A stretch of 64,000 bases of DNA from Flectonema sp. DT1601. Its lineage: Eukaryota. Location of the stretch: positions 930,001 through 994,000 of the forward strand of contig OZ025793.1 of assembly GCA_964019425.1 (NCBI GenBank), read 5' to 3'. Shown piece by piece: positions 37,430 through 51,179 of this stretch (within the stretch, counting starts at the first letter, position 1; every line of letters begins with the position of its first letter). The position numbers and the translations under genes are program-made. The notes beneath the pieces were generated by a model, which saw only the letters and a program-made list of their open reading frames with translations, was not told the origin of the DNA and ran no database searches.

Positions 37430-38169
37430 TCTTATTTTAGATTACGGACGACATTAATCGAATTATCATTTTTCATCTTACGTCCGAAACGTCTGCATTT
37501 CTGTTAGACCCGTTTCTTAGAGTGGTCTACTGACTACCTAACTTTCTTCCTCTCTACTTTCTTCCTTTCATTATATAAATATATTTTTTTTTTTCTTTTT
37601 TTATTCAGTTGTTTTCGTTGTGTTGTTCATGAATTGAACGCATGCTTTATTTTTAAAAAAAATTAGTTTTTATCTTGGCCAAAAAAAAAAAAAAAAAAAA
37701 AAATCGGAAACTTTTACTGATTTCGTAGTATTTTTTTTGTAAGCCAAATCAACATTCATTGCAACGATGTCGAGCATCAGGTCCTCTGTTACTGCTTTGA
37801 ATTTTAATAGACGATTAACAAAATATTAAATATAAATAATTCCACTCACATGTCCCTAAAAATACACATTGTCATGAAGAGGAACGTTTGTTCAATTTTC
37901 CGCTTCTTCTTATTTGCGTTTTAGTAGTTTGCTTTCTTTCGTTGAGAAATTCACCTTCAGGTTAACAATAAAAAAATAAATATGTGTACTCATCGTGATA
38001 TCTTATTATGGAATTTGAATACTGCGATAGAAAAATTTAAATTAACTCATGAATAGTTATTCTATCTTATCAAAAGGAATATTTTTTTCGTTTTACTTTT
38101 TTTTTTTTGAACTACCTCTGCTATTTCTACATTTTCTTTATAGTTATCCTCATCTCACTTCCTGACAAC

Positions 38170-38458
38170 AATCGGAAAAGGTGGAAAGCTGACAATAGGC
38201 ATACTGTGTTCATTATGCCCCGTCAGCCGAAGCTATAATAAAACAATCTTAATAAGATTGGGTCTAATTACGTTGCTGTTGCCTCGTAGCTCTAGGGAGT
38301 TTAACCCGATGCTCTCTAGTTTGCTGTATCAGCGATGCACAGTACGCAATGTATTGGACTTCTTTATCTATCTGTCTATCTACCTATCATTATATGTGAG
38401 CTTTTCCTGACTTTTTTTTTTTTGTCTCCTAAGATTAGTAATGAATAAAATAAATAAT
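38170..38458 (+). mobile_element. Diverged copy of the (TAAA)n-tailed repeat
   Basis: aatcggaaaaggtggaaagctgacaataggcatactgtgttca...gattgggtcta matches 7650-7745; tgtgagcttttcctg and A-rich tail match the 3' end. Confidence 0.55.
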
Positions 38459-40456
38459 ATTATCATCTATGATCCATAAAATTAATATTCTTCCCCTTAC
38501 TTGTTATCTTGTTGCCTGTGACGCTGTGCCAGCATCAAGCTTTGTGTCTAATCTAACAAAAGCGGTTCCTTAATAAGTGAATCGGCAAGTCTATTCTGCT
38601 TTCGTTGGGTCGCTATTCTATTGTGGTGTGGTCTGTGCTGCGTCTTGTTGTGTTCAAGGTTTTTTTTTTTAAATTGTCATTCGTAGTACGTGGACATTAT
38701 TAGTTTTGGCTTTCTTTTTTCTTTTTTTTTCGCCAACGAGGTTTGCAGTTTCTCTGCCTTGAAAGGTCTTTTTTTAGTCTCCCTCTCTTTTCTTATTCCA
38801 TTTTTTTTAAATCACACAATTTTTTTTTTCCTTCTTTTTTTTTGATGTGCTCCAGTTTTACTTTTTCTTTTACTGCTTTTTTCGATTAGCAATAAAATAG
38901 GAAAAAAAGTTATTTTTAGGCGGCCGTACGCATCTTTATCGCGTTGTACCAAGAAAAAGAAAAAAAAGAAAGAAAAAAAAAATGTGTTGGAGTAAAAGAA
39001 ATGAAACAAATTATTGAATGGTTGAATTATTTATTTGTGATAATAACGTTCCAAATAAATATTATGATCAGTTCAATTCCCTATCATGTCATTTTTTTTT
39101 AAATATCCGATACATTTTGCAGCTAAAATGCGCAATTGTTCAAAAAAAAAAAAAAACAAACAAATAATTGACATTTATTACGTCAACAGTTTTTTTAATG
39201 TTTTTATTATAAGGTTGAAAAGTGATTTTGATATTCTTGTTGTTCCTCTTGAGAGCTTTTTACACTTCCTCAGATTACTTTCTATGAGGATTTACGGTTT
39301 TAACTATTAAATTGGCAATTTGGTAGTTAATGTTTTTGCCTCAGAAATTCTTGAGGATTAGTGCTAGTTTGTAAATAAATAAAGGTCCAGGCGCAGCTAC
39401 GATCCACCGTCTCATTTGAGCTTCATAGTTATTTGAGAAGAGATAGATCGTGTTCCGGGTTTTAAAAATCTTTTTTTTTTTTTTTTTCGTGATTTGATAC
39501 ATCAAATTGTTTAAAAAAAAAAAAAAGGATTTTTTTTATATGGAATAGAAAAAAGATAATGTATCTATTGCTCTCCCTTGTTGACCATTTTTTTTATTTT
39601 ATTATTATTATTATTATTGTTTTTTTTTTTTTTTTTTTTTTTTTTTGGATTCAACCTGTAGGAACACGATTTTACGTATTGGCAGTCATCAGTTGCCAGA
39701 CTTGCTAAAATTTTTTAAAATTTTTAATTTTTTACAATATACTTCACACACACTATTATATTATTATACTGTGATACTTCCAATGGTGTGTGTGTGGGAT
39801 CGTGTTGAGGGATTCTTTTTAACTCGCAAATATAAGAAGAGTGAAAAGGGATCGGCACAACGAATCTCGCCGGATAAAATTCCCAGTTTCAGAAAACTAT
39901 TGAAATGCTTGTTATTTTCTTCTTCTTTTCTTTTTATATTCGAATAACTAATAAATAAATAACTTATTTGCTTCTTCCTTTATTAGGATTTTGTACACCC
40001 GGGTTTTTGCAAAAAAAAGGAACAGAATAGTGAAGTTAATCGATTCTTTGTTTTTATTCAGAATTTTGATTATCATTTTAACAACACAGTGTTATATTAC
40101 TGTTTTTTTTCTGAATAATTTTTTTAAGATAAAAAGTATTTTCTTCTTTATTACTCTTTATTGCTTAGCTCGCAAGTACCGATAGCAGAATGTGTGTATT
40201 GTTCTAACGATATGTTGTTTTCGTGGCTCTTTTAGATGGCTATCGGTGTTTGCAATTCGTATTTTAACATTCGTTCTCTTTCTCTCTCTCTCTCTCTCTC
40301 TTAACTCAAACAAAAAAAAAAAAAAACCTAACTCTTTTTTTTTAAAAAGAATTTTAGAAAAAAAGAAAAAATAAAATATAAAAAAAAAACAACCGTATTC
40401 TAACTTGTAGTGATTAGCAAGTCACTTAAAATTTCAAAAAGAATAAAGTAAGATAT

Positions 40457-41864
40457 GAGGACGTGCCAAAAGTAGGGCCTATTTTGTACCACGGGTAACT
40501 GCTGGCCTCTAAATCTTGGTCTGAGCACTTTTTTGGCCCACTCTGTATATTAGAAAACTCAATTCCGGGTCTGGGATACAACTTTACTTGTCACCAGTTC
40601 AAAAATTCTGCAATTTTTAGGGGAAATTGACTGTATTACACTGTAAGATGCTTGTGCACAGTTGAGACCAATTTGTAAGGTAGTAGTAGGAGAGTGTCAC
40701 TCGCTTGAGTCACAGCTTCACAAATAACAATGATAATTAAGGATACTCTAGAACGAGAGCCACTGTGACAGGCATTTCGGCAGCATATCAAATGTCATCC
40801 AGACCTCATCGAGAGTGGGCACCGGTGCGTACCCTCACCGAGGTGGCAGGCGTACTCCGAACGCTCAGCGACACAACACTTGTATTCCTCTTCTTTGAAG
40901 AGCAAGAAGTGAGTGTGCAGAACCTCCGCATCCCAGCCGTAACCAGCATCCCCACCTACCGAAAGGATACTTCAGGTCAGATATATATCACAGCTTTCTC
41001 TGACGAAAACCCGCAATTTGCACTTGACGGAGGTAAGGCTACTTTGCTACTGAACCACAAGCCCAAAATATCAGATAAGCTTCCCCTTACTAGAGCTGAG
41101 AAGAGCACTATTGGATCTACACCCCTTGACACAACCGCGGACAACAACAAGTTTGCAGAGATAGAGCACAGTCAGCATATCGATTCCCTGAAGAATAAAC
41201 GAGCAAGAAAAGAAGCCTTTTTTGAAAGGTTAGACAGGGAGCACACCATCCAACAACGAGCCTGCAAACGGAAAAGTGCCCCCGAGAAGCCTGTTAGAAA
41301 GAAGCGCCAATGCAGCCAGTGCAGCTCTCTTACTCATGATCTCCGAAATTGTCCAGACCGTCGTTCTGAACCCGAAAGCTCTGATTCAAGTAGCAGTGTA
41401 ACCCCTTAAAAAACGTAAGTGTGTACAACATTATTAGTAAGTTAGTGTAGGTGCAGAATGCACACGAATGATCAATATCAGTCCATCAGTCCTCTTAGCT
41501 TCGCTGCTTGTGCCAAAACTTACGTATTAATTTTGTCATGCAGTTTCTAAATTCATCGGATGGGGATGGGTCTGCTTGCCCAGGATATGGAGTTCGACAG
41601 CCACGGAGAACAATGCATCTAATTACAGAGGTCTGATATGTGAAGTAAACCTGCCCCCTGTGTGTGTACTGCATAACACAGTAATACAGTTAATTTCCCC
41701 TAAAAATTGCAGAATTTTTGAACTGGTGACAAGTAAAGTTGTATCCCAGACCCGGAATTGAGTTTTCTAATATACAGAGTGGGCCAAAAAAGTGCTCAGA
41801 CCAAGATTTAGAGGCCGGCAGTTACCCGTGGTACAAAATGGTACCCTACTTTTGGCATCCTCTC
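40457..41864. mobile_element. Non-autonomous DNA transposon with ~184-bp terminal inverted repeats
   Basis: 40457-40639 is the near-perfect reverse complement of 41681-41864; ATAT on both flanks. Confidence 0.92.
40765..41409 (+). CDS. Transposon-internal ORF with basic region and CCHC zinc knuckle
   Basis: RKKRQCSQCSSLTHDLRNCP; no DDE core visible; first ATG at 40792. Confidence 0.55.
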   Translation: MTGISAAYQMSSRPHREWAPVRTLTEVAGVLRTLSDTTLVFLFFEEQEVSVQNLRIPAVTSIPTYRKDTSGQIYITAFSDENPQFALDGGKATLLLNHKPKISDKLPLTRAEKSTIGSTPLDTTADNNKFAEIEHSQHIDSLKNKRARKEAFFERLDREHTIQQRACKRKSAPEKPVRKKRQCSQCSSLTHDLRNCPDRRSEPESSDSSSSVTP

Positions 41865-42371
41865 ATATATAAAAACAAACTCTTCTTCATTCTCAGTTCT
41901 GTAATGGTTACCATCGGAACTAATTGAGAAATGTGAAAAAATAAATTTCATCTGATAGAAGTGATTATCAATCTAACTCTGATAAAAAAAAAAAAAAAAA
42001 AAGAAGTAATTTCTCTTTTTTTTTTTTTTTTTTTCTCTCTTAACTATAACTCGCTCAAAGCACTCTGCGTTTCGCGGGTACTTTCATTTGCGTTTGGGTT
42101 GTCTGTATTTTTTTTTTTTTTGGTTTGTACGGAAAGAATCTTACGATACACGTATTCTTTCACTCGGCCATCCCGTACTATAGCACAGCCATTCAGGTCT
42201 GCTTGTGTTACTAGCTCTATACTATTCACAATATCGAATAGAACTGTGTTATCCTGATATAGTAATTTCTTTATAACATATTTTAGTTGTTTTCATTTTA
42301 ACTTTTATCAAACTATTCACTAATATACTCAACAGGTCGTCTTATAGTCAAAAGGGAAACTATAAGGTAAG

Positions 42372-43800
42372 ATGTCGATAGTAGAAAGTAGTGTAATGCA
42401 CAGTACTCTGCAGGATAAATTTCAAGACAAGCAGCTTGAGGTGTGTTTTTTTTTTTTTTTTTTTTTTTTTTTAACTTTCTTTTTAAAAACTACTTCATGT
42501 AATAAATAGAAATAATAAATAATAAAACCAGTTTGATCGTCTTGAACATCTTGTAACTCGTAGAAGATCAGAATTAGAACAGGAAATGAATGCTGTGGCT
42601 GATTTAGAAGCCACTACTGGAACTAGCAACCAACAGCTGAGAGAGTTGGGTCGTGAGGTTGCTCCCGAAGACTTTTTGGATATGGTAAACAGACTTGAGA
42701 ATAAATTAAAATTACAACAGATGAGAGCTATGAGTGTACTTCGTGAGATTTCTGATGCGAAAATAGCTCACAAACAAACTGAAGACCGTATTCAAGTTCT
42801 TGATATGGAACAACAGAAAATCCGCGCAATAACTGGATATCGTGAACCAGAATACTCAAAGAAAAGTAATCACATCTGCAGTAGGCTTACCCTACCAGAA
42901 CAGGAAACACTCTTACAAGAACTCAGACTTCTACGTTCAAAGATAAAAGAAGAAGTAAAGTACTCAGGTGACATAGTTCATCAAAAGGATAAGGTTATCG
43001 AAACGCTCACAAAGAAAAATGGACAGCTTGAGGATTTGGAAGAGCAAGTCTTTGGTCTTCGCGTCCAACTAAACGCAAAATGTCAAGTATTTCAAAAGAT
43101 TTCAGAGGAATACGAAGAATATCGTAAGGAACATCTCAAAGCCGACAAAGTTATCAGCAGACTTGAAAACACAAGCGACAACGGTTGTCGATCGTCACTT
43201 ATGCAAGACAAATTATTCTTAAAAGCAAAGATATACCAACATGTTGACAAGCGTAGAGCACAAGATAAAGCCATCAAGGCTCAACAATTTAGACTAAATC
43301 ATCTGAAAGACAGACTTGAAATGATAACTAACGCTGTTGAAGATTTAAAATTAACCGACCTCGTGGCAAGTCATCTAAAGGGAACTCTACTACCAATTGA
43401 TGAACCTGTCAGCTGTTTAGATATTGAAGCTATTCTACCGTCGGATGAACTTATTGATATGTCTTTGTTTGAATTACTTGCGAGAGACGTCAAGGCTATT
43501 CAGAATTCAATTGGACTAAAAGAGATCATTCTGAGAGAGAAAGAAGCAACCATCGAATCCCTCGACGAGAAGGTTGAACGAGTCATGTTGATGAACGAAG
43601 AAGACATCCTCCTAAAGATAGAAGACATCGCCTACCTCGAACACGAGGTCGTGAATCTTGAAAAGGAAGTAAAATGCGAACGCGAAGTCTACATTAATGA
43701 GATTTCTGACCTCCGCCGTAGGAAAACCAGCACTCAAAAGAAGGTAGTCCAGGCTAGATCACAACGAAGTGCCAGACTTTCCAGCGCAGGCCGCACCTAA
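42372..43800 (+). CDS. Coiled-coil protein; intron 42441-42531
   Basis: Upstream exon MSIVESS...KQLE spliced in phase 0 to FDRLEH...; heptad-rich. Confidence 0.8.
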
Positions 43801-44648
43801 TCAGTAACTACTATTAAGGTTTATAGATGTGAGATTATGTTGTTATTCTTTTTGTCAAACAAACTAGAATGTGAAATTATAAATTAATCCGAAGGTTGAT
43901 TACTTTCACTGTTGAGAATCCAGCGATTCTTCAACAGCCATCTCCAACTGGAAATATTAAAGTATCGTTTCCAACGATGCTGTGGACGATTTCAGTAATA
44001 TATTTGTGCTCAATGTGTTAGTTTGCGAAGTAAAAAAGTAGTCGATTGGTGTTCGACAAAGTGAACGAACGATTGTACAGCTTCCCTAATTCCCGATTTC
44101 CCTTCGCTTGAACGCAAAGACGAAAATTATGAACAGAGTTCAGTCATGACATCTAAACCACACATCGTGGTGATTAATCATTGATTGTCAGTCAACTTTA
44201 TGTGTGTTTTGTAACAGTCTGACTCTTAAATAAGAAGAAAAACAAAAAAACAAAAAAAAGAAGAAACGTCGTCTCCTTGTTGAGCATCCCACCCCTCCCA
44301 GCAGTGTATTCGTCGCATTGTTACTGCGGCGGGTTGTTCCCTCCTCTCAAAACCTTCCCCAAGCTTGTTTATGTTGTATTGTTGATCGTTGTGCTTTTGT
44401 TTACTTTTTTAGTTATCATTCTTATTTACATTCCAACACAGTTCTGATATCTCAAACAGTCGGTTTGTTAATTGTTGTAATTATTTTCCCCTTCTCAGCT
44501 TAGTAATTTTTCTTTGATTAACAACTACAAATATTTTTCAGTCAAGTACTTTGATATTAATTTTGTTTTAATACCCTAAAGTTGTTACTGTTTTTACATT
44601 GTCAAAGTTTCACCCCTTCTCAGCTTTCCCCTTCGCCAACTAAAAAAT

Positions 44649-44978
44649 ATGGGAAATTGCCAATCTCCACCAACCAAGAGAGTGTCTAGCGCCCGTTCCC
44701 TGAAGAGGGCTGGCGTTAGTATGTCATCGCTGAATAGTAGTGCACCGGAGAAGGTAGTTCGTAAAGAAACTGTGTCATGGGAGAGTCTTATTGATTCTCA
44801 AGAAGATGAACAACAAACGCAAGGTGAAGCAAGTAGTGATTGTTGTAGTGAGATTGTTCAAGATACATCAATGGCGATGACTTTAAATATTAAAATGGAT
44901 AACCGAACTCTTCAGAGAGGTGAATTCTTGTGGGGATCTGGTAGGTCATTTATCACTTCTTACTCAGCTGAAGAGTAG
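44649..44978 (+). CDS. Small protein with N-terminal dual-acylation motif
   Basis: MGNCQS start; 109-aa ORF preceded by a pyrimidine-AG acceptor. Confidence 0.6.
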   Translation: MGNCQSPPTKRVSSARSLKRAGVSMSSLNSSAPEKVVRKETVSWESLIDSQEDEQQTQGEASSDCCSEIVQDTSMAMTLNIKMDNRTLQRGEFLWGSGRSFITSYSAEE

Positions 44979-46476
44979 ATCACAGTTTTTTCGTATTAAA
45001 TTAGAAGCTCACGTCTATGTACTCTTTTTTTATTATCATCTCTCATTGCAGTTTGTTTCAGTGTCAGCAACGACCCGTTCAAATTTTCTGCTTATTGAGC
45101 TCCTATCTGCCTTACTTTTTTTTCAGCGTCAAAAAGTAGATGTTAATTTTTTGTTCCCTCCTTTTTTTTTTCTTTTCTTTTTTTTTTTGACGTCTTTCTG
45201 ACCTGCGGTCTTACCAGACGAGGTTTGCTTCAACAATACTAACTCTGAATGCAACTTGACCGATTTCAATCGAATGTGTTTTTTTATTTATATATTTTTA
45301 TATATATTTTGCTTTGTGTTTGCACTCCTTTGTGTTTCCTCTATTTTCAGTTCAAGTAGAGAGAGCATAATTAGCTTTAGCCCATTGTCATTGCCCTGGT
45401 AGATATCAGCGGCGTTGTTTTCTTTTTTCTTTTTTAAATAGTCTTCTCAGTTGGGAAGTTGTTGCTGTCAGACAATCAACAGATTGATTTGATTAAATAA
45501 ATAAGTAGACAGTTTCTCTTTGGTTATAGATTTACACCCAATGAGAGCACTATACAATGTAGACTCGGTAATGTATTTCTGAGAGAGTTTTACTTTACTA
45601 ATAAACCAGTGACTCTTTATTAGCCCTGGTGGAGAGCTTTGGTTGTTAACCAACTGTGTTTTCCTTTTTTTTTTCTAAAGTTCCCGGTCTGGTTCGAAGC
45701 ACTTTGAACCTGATACTGACCGTCTCATCTTAGCTTCCTTGCGCCTGTTAAAGGTTTTTTTTTTGTTTCGTGGTAATGGTGTCATTTTTGACACACGTGT
45801 GATTGTTATTATTATTTCATGAAAAAAAAAGTTTTATAATGGATTCCTTGGAATAGAAAAAAAAAAAAAAAAAAAAAAAAAGATATTTTGTTGTTCTCAT
45901 CTCCCCTATTTATCATTTTTCATGTTAGTTCCAATCTCTGGTTTCGGTGTACAGCTGAGAGTCGATCTTTGCTACCAAAGTTATACAACAAACCATCTGT
46001 GATTGGGTCCCCCCGCAGTCATCATCTAGACTTTGCTAACTAACAAATTCAGGTTCTAATTTAATGTCCATACGATTCATTGATGATAAATCATTTTTTT
46101 TTTTTTTTTTGTGATAAAAAAAACTATTATTAAGTTCTAACAAACTCGGCACATATACAGCTATTGTTGTACTTGTTACGTGGTTTTTTTTTTTTTTTTT
46201 TTTTTTTGCAGAACCTATCGATATGCACTCCGCGTAGAAAAGAGTTAGTCAGTACAGTGGATTTCATCATTTTCTTTATATTGTTTTTAATATTCATGCA
46301 GTGGGCTTGTCTAGGTAGTCGACTTCGAAAAAAATGAAATAATCATTCTCGCTCCTAACGTGCAGTCCTCTCCAGTCATTTTCAGTCTTTTCTTCTTTTT
46401 AGTTAAGGCTTTGAAACACAATTTCTTATTGGTTGTTATATCCTTGACGGATATCAAACTTATCATACTGGCCCCC

Positions 46477-47092
46477 CCCTCCGCGATATAAACATTATAA
46501 CAAAGTAACAAACAGAATCCAGTTATAATGATTCATGTCTAATTTGTTGCGTGTTAACCTTGATTTATTTATCCAAGTCCCCTCCGCGATATAAACATTA
46601 TAACAAAGTAACAAACAGAATCCAGTTATAATGATTCATGTCTAATTTGTTGCGTGTTAACCTTGATTTATTTATCCAAGTCCCCTCCGCGATATAAACA
46701 TTATAACAAAGTAACTACATCCTAGTCTTGCTAACTAAGATGCTTCAGTCACAACAGATGATTGACTTACTTCTACACCATACTGATGATGAGAGAATAG
46801 AGGTAAGAGGTATATGGATTACTCTCGAAACCTAATAGTTACTTTAAAAGGCTAAGTTAAGCATCACACCTAGTCACTGTATCTCAGAACTAATGTTAAA
46901 TTATCGTTAAGTTGTTTATGATACAATACATTTGTATTTTACGTACAAAATCAAACAGTTAACCCCCCTCCGCGGATTGGTTAACAAATTACAAATATTT
47001 TTCAGTCAAGTACTTTGATATTAATTTTGTTTTTAATACCCTAAAGTTGTTATTGTTTTTTTTTTACATTGTCAAAGTTTCACCCCTCCGCG
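46477..47092. repeat. Array of five CCCTCCGCG motifs, including a 103-bp tandem unit x2.3
   Basis: Motif at 46477, 46580, 46683, 46966 and 47084; internal segments recur at 44516-44612 and 52846-52935. Confidence 0.85.
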
Positions 47093-50000
47093 TATTGATC
47101 AACAGATTACAAAAATGTTTATTTTTCAATCGAGTAACTTGATAGTAATTTTTATATTAATAATGACTTGCATAAATTTGGCTTTCGTAAGGTGTGCTGG
47201 AAGCCAAAGATCCGTGGATTTTTTAAATTAATTTCTTTTTTGTATTTGGAAAGAAAAAAATGTGGCAGCGTAAACTATCCTATTCCTTTATTAGGGTTTT
47301 TGTTCCGTTTACGATCCAATAAACAAAAAAACAAAAAAAGTGTTGGGTAAAAAAAAAGTAAAAAAAAAAAATTGACGCTTTTTGTTTTGAGTTTGTTAAA
47401 ATACCGACGAAATAGGTTCAAATGTTTATTTATGAAGAGCCGAGTGATTTTTTTTTAGATGGAAAGAATAATTTCTTTCTAAAGGGTTACCACACAGAAT
47501 TGTTCGTTCTTTGGTTTTGTTTTGTTCGATTTTAAATTTCTATTTTATTTTATATTGTTGTCTGCTTTATTAGACTCCTTCTGCTCTTAGTTGTTGCAGA
47601 AAGCTGGTTTCAACTCTTTTTGATTTCATTTTCCTGCTGTCTGCAGCATACGCAGAACAGACTGAAAAGAAATAATTAAACAAAAAAAAAATGATATCCC
47701 CCTCCCACTTGTCCTCACTTCACGTATCGCTTACTAACCTGAACCCATTATTTATTTGTTGTCCTACGATTTTTTGAATTTTTGATTTATTTTTTTTAAT
47801 TGACTGAAAACTATTAATACTAACGTACATGACGGTCAATTCTCTTTTTCTTGAACCAATCACTGTGGGTATCTATTGATATTACACAGAGACTGTGTTA
47901 AATGGTAAAACAATAAACCTGAGTAAGAAAGGTGATAGAAAGATGCAAAGATCTTTGAAAAAGAGCGTTACAGGTCCCTGAAGCTGGCGTGTGGTAGGAG
48001 TATGGGAGTACGAGATCCGTTCAAAACTTTTTAGGGTCGTCGGTTTACATTTTTTTCCTTCCCTTTCCTTTTTTTTTTTGCACCGACGAAGTCGGAGAAT
48101 AAACTATTCAGATTAAGAGTCGTTTATTTATTATGTCATGTTAGCTGTGCGCCATCATTGTCTTTGCTCGTGGTTATGGTAGTTGGCAAAAAATACTTTT
48201 TTTTTTTTATATATAATTTGTTATAAGTTCTGTTAGGTTAATAGAAGAAACTGCCTTCATCATTTTTATAAGGCTTTTTCTAATGCTTATTTCGGAAAGT
48301 ATTGAAGTGTTTATTGCATTGCTGAATCACTCGACTGAGAATCTGCTTTGCAACATGCTTCAGTGATTCTTTTTGTTTATTTATTATTTTTTTTAATCTC
48401 TTCTGCCCGCCTGTGTTATGAAAAGAACGCGGGTCATTCAAATTGAATTGAGGTAGCCATCATAGAGGGTCTTCAGTCCTCTTCTGACGATGAGATCGTT
48501 TTCGATTTTTTTTTTTAATTTTTATTATTATTATTTTGTTTTTATAAATACTCTTTTCTTGGGTACTTGGACTCGCTGATTAGATTAAAAAAATTTAAAA
48601 TAATTATAATTTTTTTTTAATTTTTTTTTTTTTTTTTACAATTCTATCTTGCGGTACCTTATTACTGTTTTGATGAATTGGCGGTTATACATCAGAGAGT
48701 CTTCATCTGATCTGAGGTGAGGTGAGGTGGGGTTGAATTCAATGAAAACGTGTTGATAGCACTATTCCTTTGCTTTTTTTTTTCGATGATTTACTTCCTT
48801 CTTAGTCATTCTTTTTATTGATATTTTAGAACGCTGTTTGAATGATTCTCCTCCACCTCTTCGGGTGCTGCAACTCCTCTGAGTAGGTAATAATAGATGT
48901 CAGTTTGATGACCTTTTTTCCTTTTACTCATTCTGAGGATGGAAAATTGATGAATGAGCCCACCTGATGTAACATCTTTAGTGGCCGTTGTTCCGCAATC
49001 ATTTTTTTGTTTTGTTTTTGTTCTGTCTATATGTGCTTGTTGTTGGTGCTTGCTGTCCTAGTCATTGTGATGTGCTTCTTTGAAGGAAAAAAATAATAAA
49101 AGAAAGTACTGCTTTTGATAGCGAGCACGTTTCTTGAGGTGTTCGGAGACATCAGCCGAATGGATTTGAATTTAGGTATAGAACAGTCGTGTTCTAACCT
49201 TGGATTCTTTCTTGCTGATTGTCTCTTCAAAAGAATTAACTAATAAGAAAACTTTTCTTATACTCGAGTCTAAAAAATTAAATGTAATTACCATCATCGC
49301 TGATAAATCCATCACCATGTGGCGTGTTTTTTGTTGTCGTCATCCTACACTCAAAAAAACAAAAAACAAAAACAAAAATTCCATACTCGAGACCTTTATA
49401 GCTGCGGTTCTGCAATCCAGGTCATTAAAGGTGCACCTTAGTAAAATATGTACCTGTTTAGTGTCTTTTTGTGTTACTGTTTCAGAGGGAGGGTTCATCT
49501 TGTAGAGCTTGTTAGTACAACTACTTATGATTTATTTTGATTGCATGCAGTTAGAATGACACCGTATGACGGACAATGTTTGTCTTGTGCGTCTTGTCTG
49601 CGGCAATATTCCCTCCCTCTGAAGGTAAGTCAGCCCTTATGAAGTGTTTTATTGGCTTATCCGTTGCTGATTTTTTGATTAAATTTTTTTTTTCACAGTG
49701 GCAATCTGGAGAGAGAAAATAATAAAGGAAAGAAGAAAAGAAAAAAAATGAATTCTCACACTTCGTTTTTGTGTTTGTGTACAACTGTAAGTAAACCTAT
49801 AAAATAAAGGTAACGTTACGCTGTTACTGTCGTTTTTCGGACTAAAGCGGTCTTTTTGACCGCCGTTCTAGACAGCCCGTCTCTTTGTTTCCCCAACGAT
49901 GGTAGGAATGGTATCTGGAATGTGCTTCGTGCGTCCAATTTTTAAGGATACGTGACTACTACATATCAGATGCTGCTCTTCTGACGTCCTCAGGCGGAGC

Positions 50001-50397
50001 CTACCATGTTTCCCGTGTTTCTTGTCGGACTTTAACCAAAGAAAGTGAAAAAGAAAGGCAAACATTGAAGTGAAAATAAACAACGAACAAAGAAGACGGT
50101 TGCACCCAGGAGTGTAACCAGAAAAAGAAAGAAAAAAAGTAACAGTTATCTTCCGCTCATTAACACATGTCTGCGAGATGAAAAATAAATAAATATAAAT
50201 ATTGTTAGTTGAGTTTTTCTCTTCGGTTGTTTCTTTCCTTCTTTGTCAGAACAAAGACAAGAAAAAGGAAAGAAAAAAAGAACAAGCATTTCCATTACTA
50301 ATAATAAAAAGAGAAGGTTGGATTGTGTTTTTCAGTTTTCTTTTTTGACTTTTTTTGATCAACAATAAACTATTTCATTCTATTAAAGGAAATCAAG

Positions 50398-50864
50398 ATG
50401 ACCTATTCAGGTAATGTCATCAGATGGTCATCGAAGGGTTTCGGATTCGTTGAGTGCGACAGTCTCGATCAGGAACTGTTCGTACACCACTCAGAGTTTG
50501 GAGGAGGAGAGTTAGTTGAGGGTAAATCAATATCTTTTGATATTGGAGATGATTCCCGAACTGGAAAGAAGATGGCAATAAACGTAACTGGTCCAGCTAT
50601 TACTGAGAGAAGACCCTCACCGAGACGTAGAAGATACCCATCAGACGACAGAAGACGAGGACATTCACCACCTCGCCGACGCTACGATTCTCGTGATCGC
50701 TATGAACGCAACCGCTACAGAAGCCGTTCCCCAAGAGACCGCAGACTTCAACAGACAAGATACGACTCCAGAGAGAGAGACTACAGGTATCATGATTGTT
50801 TTCACATCAACAGATTTAAAAAAAAAAAACGAAACAAAACTAAAACACAACCAGGAGATACTAG
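50398..50864 (+). CDS. Cold-shock domain protein with RS/RD-rich tail; intron 50787-50854
   Basis: GNVIRWSSKGFGFV (RNP1), LFVHHSE (RNP2), AINVTGP; RSRSP tail; spliced end RRY*. Confidence 0.88.
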
Positions 50865-51179
50865 TGATCCTTTTTACATACCAAATTAATACACTTATTG
50901 GTTTTCATTTATTGATACCCAAACTGCTTTAACTTTTAAAAACCTTCTTAATCGAACCAAATGAAATAGATTAACCACGGCGTCTATACGAGAGTATAAA
51001 TTGTGTTGCTTTTTTTACTAGTTGCGTTGATATCATGTTTGACAGGTTACATTTCGTAAAAAAAAAGATTTAAAGAGAGCTTTTGTGTATAAAATAGAAA
51101 TATTCTTACCAGGTAAAGTATGATTTAGACACATTATTTCAACCCCCCTCACCAGGTGAATTTGAATCTTACAGGCAGA

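Noticed and set aside
37430..40440. Short Phe/Lys-rich ORFs in intergenic DNA (also 11180-12150, 51900-53160, 60060-61230)
   Set aside because: Products of poly-T/poly-A tracts with no coding signature.
46477..47092. CRISPR array
   Set aside because: Repeat only 9-10 bp, spacers ~95-275 bp and partly identical, eukaryotic context, no cas genes.
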